Assembly: GCA_951406725.2 (NCBI GenBank)
Contig: OX597828.1
Span: 3,968,001-4,032,000, forward strand
Origin: Octopus vulgaris
Taxonomy: Eukaryota
DNA: 64,000 bases
Reading direction: 5' to 3'
Part shown: one piece after another, positions 53,738-64,000 of the stretch
How positions within the stretch are numbered: position 1 is the first letter of the stretch
Layout: each line of letters opens with the position of its first letter
Notes under the pieces: model-generated
Told to the model about the DNA's origin: nothing
Databases searched by the model: none
The model's input: the letters and a program-made list of their open reading frames with translations, nothing else
Position numbers and translations under genes: made by a program

Positions 53738-54135
53738 GAAAACCATCGTATTTTCTGAATTTGCAACAATAAATGTCATCGTGGTAGACCATGACTGGAG
53801 TTCACTCACGTCCTAAAACTGAACATCCTACTATGTGATATCCAGCCAATTCCGTTGGCTGGATATTGCAGTGATTATCACCGAGGATAGACCGTAATAG
53901 ACGCATCTTTATCATACTAGTTGCGAAAAGACAAAGAAAACCATCGTATTTTCTGAATTTGCAACAATAAATGTCATCGTGGTAGACCATGACTGGAGTT
54001 CACTCACGTCCTAAAACTGAACATCCTACTATGTGATATCCAGCCAATTCCGTTGGCTGGATATTGCAGTGATTATCACCGAGGATAGACCGTAATAGAC
54101 GCAGCTTTATCATACTAGTTGCGAAAAGACAAAGA
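53738..54135. repeat. 198-bp tandem duplication containing a 12-bp hairpin
   Basis: CCATCGTATTTTCTG at 53743 and 53941; ATATCCAGCCAA ttccg TTGGCTGGATAT in each unit. Confidence 0.9.
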
Positions 54136-55309
54136 GCGCAAAACACAGCAGATGAGGAAGAGAAGGTAGGCTATGATCAGAAAAGCACTCCAAATGAAAA
54201 AAAAACCCCCAAAAAAACCCCGCAAATGTTTCGAATTCGGGTTTTCACACTTATATCAGAGCCTAAGTTAAAAAGAAGGCACGTGATGGTTTCTCAGATC
54301 AAGAAAGCCTGTGAAAACGACGTAATAAATTATGTCTCAACCATTGGTAATCTTTCAATTCAGTTTCATTTCATATAAACCGAACTATTATGTTTCTGTA
54401 AAATTCTGCTCAAAATTACCTTTCTGATGAAAATTCACTTATGTTATCCTGTACAAAACAAATATACCCATATCCCTAGTTATCACATACCATATTAAGT
54501 TAGGGATGGCACAATAAACACTCACCCGATATCTTATATACCTAATAGACATTTTCATATATTTGGATTCAGCGTAATTATTAACAGGCTTTCAACAAAT
54601 ATGTATATTTAATAATCAATTTAATTTTCTATATCACAATGATGAATAGGGACGTTATGTCATATAAGCCTATTTCAAACCATTCAGCATGTAAAGTTAT
54701 ATCATATAAACCTATTCAAACCATTTAACTCGCATACGTAAAGATGTCATCAACCGCCGTATGAGGTTAATCACATGCTTTCTTCTCAACAATATTGACT
54801 ATATAAACGCAGTTATAATGATTATGATGGAACTGCGGATTCGTGCATTGAAGTAAACTTTAACTGCGCACAGGGAAATGTTCTTCGCTTTCATTTTGTT
54901 TTCGTGAATATAAATCGTATTTCAACCTATAAATTTCTTCTCGTAGCTTCCATGGCACGTGCTTCTCATGTAACTGCTAGAAGCAGAAGCTATCTTTTAC
55001 CTCAGTCATATTGCCGACTGTCATATCTATAGTTGTGTTATTAGCGTTGTAATAAAAAATACCAAAACGTAGAACTAAATATATACATCGATACGGGAAA
55101 AGTATGAATGAATACCATAACACGGTTTGTGAAAGAATGTCTACAGTGTGCATGAATGGAGAGATTTGATAGTTATGTCAAAAATATCGAAAGTGCACAA
55201 TGTTCAAAGTTATTATTCATAAAAAAAATACAGAAGGATAATATTTGGGTGGTTTGAACAGTGTATAATAATAATACAAAACGTTAAGCCGTCTAACAGA
55301 TATCACTGA

Positions 55310-55707
55310 TTCTTTTATTCTTTTACTTGTTTCAGTCATTTTACTATGGCCATGCTGGAGCACCGCCTTTGGTCGCGCAAATCAATCCCAGGACTTATTC
55401 TATGTCACCTTAGTGCTTATACTATCGGTCACTTTTGCCGAACCGCTAGGTTACGGAGCCGTAAACACAGCAGCATCGGTTGTAAAGCGATGTTGGGTGG
55501 ACAAACAAAGACACACATACATATACACACATATACATATATACGACGTGCTTCTTTCAGTTTCCGTCTACCAGATTCACTCACAAGGCTTTGGTCGGCC
55601 CGAGGCTAAAGTAGAAGACACTTGCCGAAGGTGCTACGCAGCGGGGACTAAACCCGGAACCATGGGGTTGGTAAGCAAGCTACTACCACACAGTCACTAC
55701 TACGCCT
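55310..55707 (-). mobile_element. SINE family A
   Basis: Match to 8911-9329 over the full length. Confidence 0.88.
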
Positions 55708-55809
55708 AAAGTAAAAAAAATGCTAAAAATGTAAGCAATTGTTTCGAACATTCTTGAAAGGTTCGGGAAAGACATTCCATGTGCTTTAGCTTTGTAATTT
55801 ACTAGAGTT

Positions 55810-56300
55810 CACAGTGATGTCTTTGGCATACTTGTCGAGTTTACGGAAAATATGATCTGGAAGCTTATTAATTAAAGTTAGTAAAAGAATAGAACCACGT
55901 ACATTTCTATGACTCATTGATAACGTATTGATGGTGTATGACACGCTGACCGCCGGTCATAAAGATCCATTGTATATTGAGATTTGAAACAAATGAGTTG
56001 ATGAAAGGCCTGGAGAAAACATAACCTCTCAGCTATGGATTAGCCCAGTTTGCCATGTTCTGTCAAAAGCCTTTGAAATATCAGAAGGGATTGCCCTATC
56101 TTTACCAGAAGTATTAAAGGCAAAATAGAAATGTTCTGATATAACAATGAGGTTGTCAGCTGTAGATGCACAGAAAACATATTGAAAATCAGAAAAAATG
56201 AGAGCAGCGATGGAGAAAAGTTCAACCAAGGTGGCACTTAATCAGTAGTTTCAGGAAAACGAGGAGTAAAATTGGAGATATTGATGTCAGCGGTATCAGT
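55810..56300 (-). pseudogene. Decayed CR1/L2-group RT fragment
   Basis: STADNL...RAIPSDISKAFDRTWQTGLI (motif A), GSIL...INKLPD (motif B), YAKDIT (YADD-like). Confidence 0.7.
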
Positions 56301-56609
56301 ACTTGCTAAATACTTAAACCATTCCGAATGATGGATATTACAATCAACAAACACAAATATGTTGGATAAAGGGTGGAGAAAAAACTGCAGAATCAACACA
56401 AGTAGAGATAGTGTTTATGACTGAACAGGCAAAGCAGTGAGATAAAAGACAATACATGATACTTATGTTTTACATACAAGAATAACTATATATACCAAAA
56501 CTTGTTAGTATGCAGCAATCTTTTTTTTAAGATAGTTGATTCCCTTTGGTGAGCATTTTACAAAGTGTATTCCACTGAGCCATTTAACCCATGTCTACCA
56601 AACCGTTGT

Positions 56610-57155
56610 ACATGTTTCTGAACTAATAAACCTCATTAAACATTCATTTTTGAATTGATATATCTTACTAAATCATTAAACTCTTCCATCGGGTCTCAAC
56701 GGAAATTTCAACTGAATCCATAAAAATGTTGTCTCTTAACTGATATTCCTATTAAGTTCATTAAAATGTATTTCAACTAATATCTCTATTAAATCCCTTA
56801 TGCCATTGTTTTTCAATGTTATCGTTCCCATTAAAAACCTGTTTCTGAACAGATGTCTACGAAAGCCATTAAAATGTATCTAAGTTGCCATATTTAAAAC
56901 CTATTAAACTATTATTTTCAAATTTACAGCCTTACAAAACCCATTAATGTTTGAACTGATGTATTTTCTAATATGTTAATCAGTTTGAACTGATATCTCT
57001 TTTAAAGACTTTAAGCCTTTGTTTATCAACAGATATGTCCGTAGACCATTTGCACTGTAGATTACGAACTGATATTTACTAAACACGTTTAACTGCTGTT
57101 TTTGAACTGATATCTCAACTAAGCCTTTAAACTGCTAGATTCAATTATATATCTG
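56610..57155. repeat. Degenerate minisatellite, ~35-40-bp period
   Basis: Recurrent (T)GAACTGATAT cores alternating with CATTAAA-like motifs, more than ten times. Confidence 0.65.
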
Positions 57156-57500
57156 AAGGAGAATACCCGCCATTTGCGTAAAAAGTTAACGACAAAACTC
57201 TTGTAATTGCTTTATCTGCATATTCATTTGTCATTGTCATCTTCACGGTGCTGTCAGATATTTATTTCACGCCACGAATCAATTTATATTACAATTGTTC
57301 GGAATTACTTTACTCCCGCAAACTTTGGAATGCTATCACATAGGAAAGTGCAAGCGATTTAATTCATCTACATCAGAAGGACGATGAATTTCAATCTGCA
57401 GCCACAATATAATTCACGATGCATCAGTCCTTGTCCACTTGACAAATATCCAAACACAATCTTCTCCGTTGCAGGCATACATATACATATGCCTGTACTT

Positions 57501-57539
<39 letters not shown>

Positions 57540-57564
57540 AATTCATACATACATACATATATTT

Positions 57565-57611
<47 letters not shown>

Positions 57612-57612
<1 letters not shown>

Positions 57613-57863
57613 ATACATAAATATGAGAGAGCGACCACTACGTGGTCTACTCTAGTGCTAAAAATAGATCCACTATGTATAGCCACTAAAAAATTGTCAA
57701 TCTATTTTTAGGGTTAATCTATTTTTTCGATATTTTTCACTTGCCCCACGTTAAATGTTATGTTATTTCTCCTTGGAAACAATTATTTAGTGGTTATACC
57801 ATAGTGGATCTATTTTTCGCACTAGAGTAGACAACATAATGCTCTCTCTCATATTTATGTATA
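57612..57863. repeat. Imperfect inverted repeat (~85-bp arms, ~80-bp spacer) adjoining (TA)n
   Basis: GTCTACTCTAGTGCTAAAAATAGATCCACTATG vs CATAGTGGATCTATTTTTCGCACTAGAGTAGAC. Confidence 0.85.
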
Positions 57864-57962
57864 AATTTGTATTGTATCCCTAGTTTTTATGTGCTAAGCC
57901 ACTTGGGGTTAAATAGATAGTATTATTAAATTGATATCAAATTTTTCACCCTCATTTATAAA

Positions 57963-58004
<42 letters not shown>

Positions 58005-58079
58005 GTATATATATATGTACACATGTATAAATACACATACACAAACATATAAATATATGTATATCTATCTATCTATCTA

Positions 58080-58113
<34 letters not shown>

Positions 58114-59360
58114 CATACACATACACAAACATAAATATATATATATATATATATATATACATACATATATAAAACACACTCACATACTGAATTCTAACAA
58201 TACCACAAAATTGCATATTTGAAGCTTATAGAAATCTATATACTTTACATAGAATTAAGTGAATTTTAGCCGCTAAACCAGAATAGACGAGATGTATTTT
58301 CACTTCTCATCGCAAACAATAACTTAATATAAGTCTATGTTTGTTAAAATTATGATTAACATGTGTACAAAATATATCTTATATTCAATAACGAAAAATT
58401 GTTACAGTTTTGGAAACTATAAACTTGTACATATTATCTGCCTTATGATTATTCTGCAATTAGTATTTTCACTGGAATTATATGTATATAGACATACGTC
58501 ATCACTTTAGGAAATAGTGATATACGGTGAAGATCAGCGAGCGGACCTAGCTAAATTCTAGAATAAGCTTACTGTATAAGATTGTTGAATACTTTGTTTT
58601 CAAAGCAAATCCTCACCATTTTGAATTAAAATTAACATCATAAAATGAAGTTTGCACTTATCGAGCTAATGCGCGTGCGTTGAAAGCTAAAGACGGCAAA
58701 TTTATTTGTTTGGTCTGGCTAGCAAAGGCACAGCATGGCAGCAAAATTAGAATTCGATTTATTGCGTACCACGGTGGATATGTGCTGTCTGTTTTCAAAT
58801 TGATGAGTCCGGTTTTGCAATGACAGCTGAATTGTTTAGGATGAGTCGCTGATTAGTGACAGCTAACTCGACGATTTGGCACGATTATCAGACAGAGAAA
58901 CTGAGTGTAGTGAAAACCGAATTCAGGTGATGGATTGGCGCAACTGGCTGGGATTGTCCGAACTGCCATACGAAACTGTATTTTCACTTGCCAAAATTGT
59001 TTGCACTTGTCCCTTCAGTCATTTTCTGGTATAGACTAAGGGTATATTCAATTCAGAGTACAGAAGCGTGGTGACAATTCCGAAGAAATATCTGAATTAA
59101 AGGAGATGTAATGAATAATGTCAGACCCATGATTCTGTTAAGACTGAGTTAAAGGATATCGTAAAGGTGCTTACCAAGAGCCTGGTACTTGTAGATGGTG
59201 GTATAAAATTCCTCCAAACACATCTATCCATATCAAGCTCCACATTATATCATACAACGCAACGTGAGTTTGTAATAGATCTAGCTTAGATGGATAGGTG
59301 GATAGATTAATATATATCGGTTCTTGAGAAATTTCTGCAGAAGGGCAGCAATTTTTCAAG

Positions 59361-59413
<53 letters not shown>

Positions 59414-59416
<3 letters not shown>

Positions 59417-59613
59417 TCTTTTACTTGTTTCAGTCATTTGACTGCGGCCATGCTGGAGCACCGCCTTTAGTCGAGCAAATCGACCCCGGGATTTATTCTT
59501 TGTAAGCCCAGTACTTATTCTATCGGGCTCTTTTGCCGAACCGCTAAGTGACGGGGACGTAAACCCACCAGCATCGGTTGTCAAGCAATGCTAGGGACAC
59601 AAACATAGATACA

Positions 59614-59711
<98 letters not shown>

Positions 59712-59878
59712 CATATATACGACAGGCTTCTTTAAGTTTCCGTCTACCAAATCCACTCACAAGGCATTGGTCGGCCCGGGGCTATAGCAGAAGACACCTG
59801 TCCAAGATGCCACGCAGTGGGACTGAACCCAGAACCATGTAGCTGGTTAGCAAGCTACTTACCACACAGCTATTCCTG
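59414..59878 (-). mobile_element. SINE family A
   Basis: Very similar to 8911-9329. Confidence 0.9.
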
Positions 59879-60056
59879 GTATGAACCTATTTGGTATTAC
59901 ATGGAATGTTGAGGGATTGCTTGGAAAAAGTGTGGCGAATTGGAGGACGGATCGGACAGCATATGGAAGAAGTTTAAGGACAGTAGAAATCAGGAGGGGC
60001 ATCTTCCAAGGGGACTGCCTGTCCCCACTGATCTTTGTATTGTGCATGATACCACG
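59879..60056 (+). mobile_element. R4/Dong-like RT fragment (copy 1)
   Basis: MNLFGI...WRT...VEIRRGIFQGDCLSPLIFVLCMIP. Confidence 0.8.
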
Positions 60057-60229
60057 ATATATATATGTATGTATGTATATATTCTCTCTCTATTTATTTC
60101 CTCGTGTTCTTTTCTGTTGCAAGTGTAGGCTCGAAATGTAAAAGATTTTGTCACCTCCGCGAGCTTAAAACTAATACACATGTTTGTTGGTTATACACCT
60201 GTCTTCGTCTTTTGTTTTTCCGCAAACTT

Positions 60230-60306
<77 letters not shown>

Positions 60307-60624
60307 CTGTGGAGTTTGGCGGGTGTCCGACCCGAGTTAGGTCACATGAGATCTGTGTTCGGGGATATATATGGCTTCCCTGTCATAACTTTTGACACTT
60401 CGGTCATAAAAGAGATTGCCTCTATAACTGAAAAAAACCCAACTATGTACAGGAGCTTGCAATAAATGGGATAAGTCGGTGCGCTCCCAGCTAAGTACTT
60501 AGAGAGGCAAGTCCATATTGGACTGCGATAATTTAATTTGTAGGATTAATAACACTGTGTAAGTTGCTCGAAATCAGGTTTGCATCACACGTCATGGCAG
60601 ATATATTCTGAGATGGGCTAACGA

Positions 60625-60870
60625 GTATTCATGGATTCTGGAATGTATGAACCTATTTGGTATTACATGGAATGTTGAGGGATTGCTTGGAAAAAGTGTG
60701 GTTAATTGGAGGACGGATCGGACAGCATATGGAAGAAGTTTAAGGACAGTAGAAATCAGGAGGGGCATCTTCCAAGGGGACTGCCTGTCCCCACTGATCT
60801 TTGTATTGTGCATGATACCACTCACACTAATTCTGAGGAAAGCAAAACTGGGTATGTATTCAGAAAGGGG
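60625..60870 (+). mobile_element. R4/Dong-like RT fragment (copy 2)
   Basis: SWILECMNLFGI...RRGIFQGDCLSPLIFVLCMIPLTLILRKAKLGY. Confidence 0.8.
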
Positions 60871-60879
60871 ACGACAGAA

Positions 60880-61950
60880 TGCTGTCACTCAAATGTAGCG
60901 CGTTGCAAATAAGATATATGACACTTCCGTAGTATAGTACCACCTGACGGACTTGTCTTACGAGATACCTGACCGGTTTGGAACGCAATGCTATTACGTA
61001 TAGGAGAAACTGATTTTGCTGATCAGAAAATTCGCATACTACTAAGACCTATCCCATAGGGGTCTCGGTATTTTTCCCTAATGATGCGCCCACTGCTACT
61101 AAGGCTCATGCACTTACAGAATGTTGTGGACCATTGTGATAGTGACGACGATGACACAAACATATGTAAACTGGTGTGGACTTTCTTCAGCAGCTCGTCT
61201 CTTTGATCAAGCTTCAGACTTATACTAAAGATGAGCTTTAGTATCTGGAATGTTGTCAGGCTCTCACAGCGTATTCGGCAGGAAAACGATTCTACATTTC
61301 TATAGGAGAATAGTTGGAGATATGAGTAACGTGAGATTAACTTCGGTCGCCGGCTAAAAGGATCTGAGTAGCTGTTTCTAGAAGATTTTCAGGTCAAGGA
61401 ATGTAGACAATTTCCGAAAATCCTTAGCATTGCAACATTACAGCGGAAGGTGCATTAACATACCGAGAAAACGAACGGATATGCCGACAGCCGACTTTGA
61501 GATGGAAGGACAAAATTATTTTCACCTCATCATTCACTGCTCTTACATTAGTTCCTTCTGGGCTTGCATCAAACTGCTACTATCATGTGAAAATAAATAT
61601 GACAGTCCGTCAAGTCTGTACAATAGATGAGGCAATTTCTTTTAGCAGAAAAATGAGGCAAGTCATTCTCTGCTTGGCAGTTCTGGTGAAAGAGGTATTT
61701 AACTGAACTCGTTTGAAATGTTTGAAGGTGAGCATAATCCTATTTAGCCGAGGTCCGATGGACTTCTTTAAGTACAATTTCAAGAAGGTTATGATTAGAG
61801 ACGAAGTTTCAGCACAGTATGTTTAGTGGAAAGGTAAATGAGAGTGACAAGACTGATGAAGCTAAATGTATACACGGTAAGTATGTTATTCTGAATAGGT
61901 GGAGAAAAGTTGGAGAAGATACATTTGATAATTTAGATATTGCAAAATAA
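60880..61950 (+). mobile_element. Highly decayed CR1-like RT region
   Basis: Scattered remnants: PLLL...LQNVVDHC...DDDTNICKLV and RGPMDFFK; many disablements. Confidence 0.4.
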
Positions 61951-62220
61951 GTTGGGACTTTTGTGTGGGTTTCCCCCAAATTACTCTTGATGGACTATTA
62001 CGCACTTGGTCAAATTTTCTTGTTAAATTTTTTCTATTTTCTTTTATCGTTTATTTTTTATTAATTTCCTTTTCGTACAATCGATGTAAATTCCCATTCT
62101 GCTGTATTTTGTCGTTTCTATCGTCAATATTTTTGGTCAGTCATTGTGCTTCTGACTGATAAAGTTAATACTCCTCCTCCTAACCGTCGCCTCTTCCTCC
62201 CCTCAAATAATGTAAATAAT

Positions 62221-62285
<65 letters not shown>

Positions 62286-62287
<2 letters not shown>

Positions 62288-62525
62288 CATTTACTTTTAA
62301 TCTGCATGTTTGTTACAATCACTCGCCGAGACACACCTGGCGTCCCAGGGCGACTGAAGGATAAGAGATTGTACAGTAAAAGCGTGAGGAGGGGAAGTGG
62401 GAGGGGAAGTAACAAAGTATCTTCGGGTTTTTCTGAGGATGTGGGGGGTACTTGTCAGTACAACCTTTTGGATTTCTCTGAGACATTGTCCTCCTGGGCA
62501 ATTATCTAGATGTTACATACATCAC
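62286..62525 (-). mobile_element. R4/Dong-like 3' end with (TAA)n tail
   Basis: HLDNCPGGQCLREIQKVVLTSTPHILRKT (R4-type terminal QKxVLxxTxxILRK), short UTR, then (TAA)n at 62223-62285 on minus. Confidence 0.75.
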
Positions 62526-62541
62526 TTTCTTATAATATTAC

Positions 62542-62652
<111 letters not shown>

Positions 62653-62663
62653 GGATAATAATG

Positions 62664-62715
<52 letters not shown>

Positions 62716-62721
62716 TAATAA

Positions 62722-63274
62722 GACGCACTGATGCAGTACCAGGCAGTGGCTCTCATGGCTTCTGATCTTAACTGATTGGAAGTGTTATCATCTACATTGT
62801 TTTGTCTTGGTATAAAAGATGGGCTACAGCAAATATTCTGCTCAATACCACAGATTTGCTTGTCAGTTGTTTGACTTTAACCAGTTGAGCATGTCCCTTA
62901 GTGGCTGACGATATGTGCATCTCTGATCACGAGCAGAAGTAGTGGGGGAGCATCATAGCCATGTGTTGAGAGGGATTCTTTGGGGTTTGAATAATTCACC
63001 TCTGGAAACATGGGTGGTTCTTTCAACATCCTTAAACAATCCTTATTCAGGGACCTTTTGAGCGGGACGGGCTACTCAACCTGAAGAAAATTCTAACTGG
63101 GCTTCAGCTGCAAGGTCATGTGCTGTTTATCTTGATATGAGATCACCATGTAGCGCACATATGGTTGTGATGCATGTGCCTGGTGTACCCTTATCAGACG
63201 GGTAGTCATGATGCGTATATTGGGCTTCGTATATTTTACCCCAGTGTCACTTTGATGGCATGAACTGCTCTCTC
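62722..63274 (+). mobile_element. Family C non-coding retroposon, ~550 bp, embedded in (AAT)n
   Basis: Matches 12383-12716 (reverse), 16253-16299 (reverse) and 63960-64000; both flanks (AAT)n. Confidence 0.8.
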
Positions 63275-63346
<72 letters not shown>

Positions 63347-63576
63347 CGACCTGAAACACACGCACCAATGGTTACGAAGCTCAGGGCTAAAAGCAGAGAG
63401 TGAAGGTTTCATATTAGCTGCTCAAGACCAAAGCTTTTTAACCCGGAACTACTAAGCCAATGTGATGAAAAATGGAGCTGACTCAAAAAGCTCAGACAAA
63501 AAAGATGTGTTTCTTAATTGACATTAGTATTCCCTGTGATCACAATATAGCGGCGAAAGAATTTGACAAGATTAGT
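63347..63576 (+). mobile_element. Internally deleted R4/Dong-like C-terminal fragment (pre-CCHC region joined to REL nuclease)
   Basis: HQWLRSSGLKAESEGFILAAQDQSFLTRNY* followed by KKMCFLIDISIPCDHNIAAKEFDKIS. Confidence 0.8.
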
Positions 63577-63772
63577 CATGTACGGAGAAGAGCACTATCG
63601 CCGTGAAAATAACATCCATCCATGAATTAATTTATTTATTAATTTTTAAATACATATTTTATTTGTGAATTTGCGCGTGTAATCTGGGAATGCATACAAT
63701 GCCCTTCTCTGCCCTAGGTGTATGGAAAACTCGGCGAGAAACGGAAGAAAATTTGAAGAAAGAAGTAAAAAC

Positions 63773-64000
<228 letters not shown>

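Noticed and set aside
60108-60145. TCTTT-TCTGTTGCAAGTGTAGGCTCGAAATGTA-AAAGA
   Set aside because: Shape of a tiny HHR, but core positions 6 and 9 and stem III are mutated; not supportable from this copy.

Overview
AT-rich, microsatellite-dense eukaryotic DNA with no host protein-coding gene that I can support. The SINE families and repeat landscape suggest an octopus or other coleoid cephalopod genome (inference). Most ORF-track entries are translated microsatellites. The window is a mosaic of tRNA-derived SINEs, decayed LINEs (RTE, Vingi/Ingi-like, CR1/L2-like, R4/Dong-like), DNA transposons (two mariners, a Chapaev3-like CMC element, a Helitron end) and at least five Penelope-like element (PLE) remnants. 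The strongest signal is about 12 minimal type-I hammerhead ribozyme (HHR) motifs from 7-8 unrelated families. Each family has its own palindromic or near-palindromic stem III. Most lie in ORF-less tandem or inverted units (362, 363, 492 and 545 bp) or a 447-bp fold-back, embedded in (TA)n, and look like a retrozyme/non-autonomous PLE system. Also notable are a tRNA-like module fused upstream of an HHR in a PLE 3' end, a ~349-bp multi-hairpin tandem family of unknown nature, and an (AAT)n-targeted non-coding retroposon beside R4/Dong-like fragments. Coordinates were read by eye; element boundaries are approximate.
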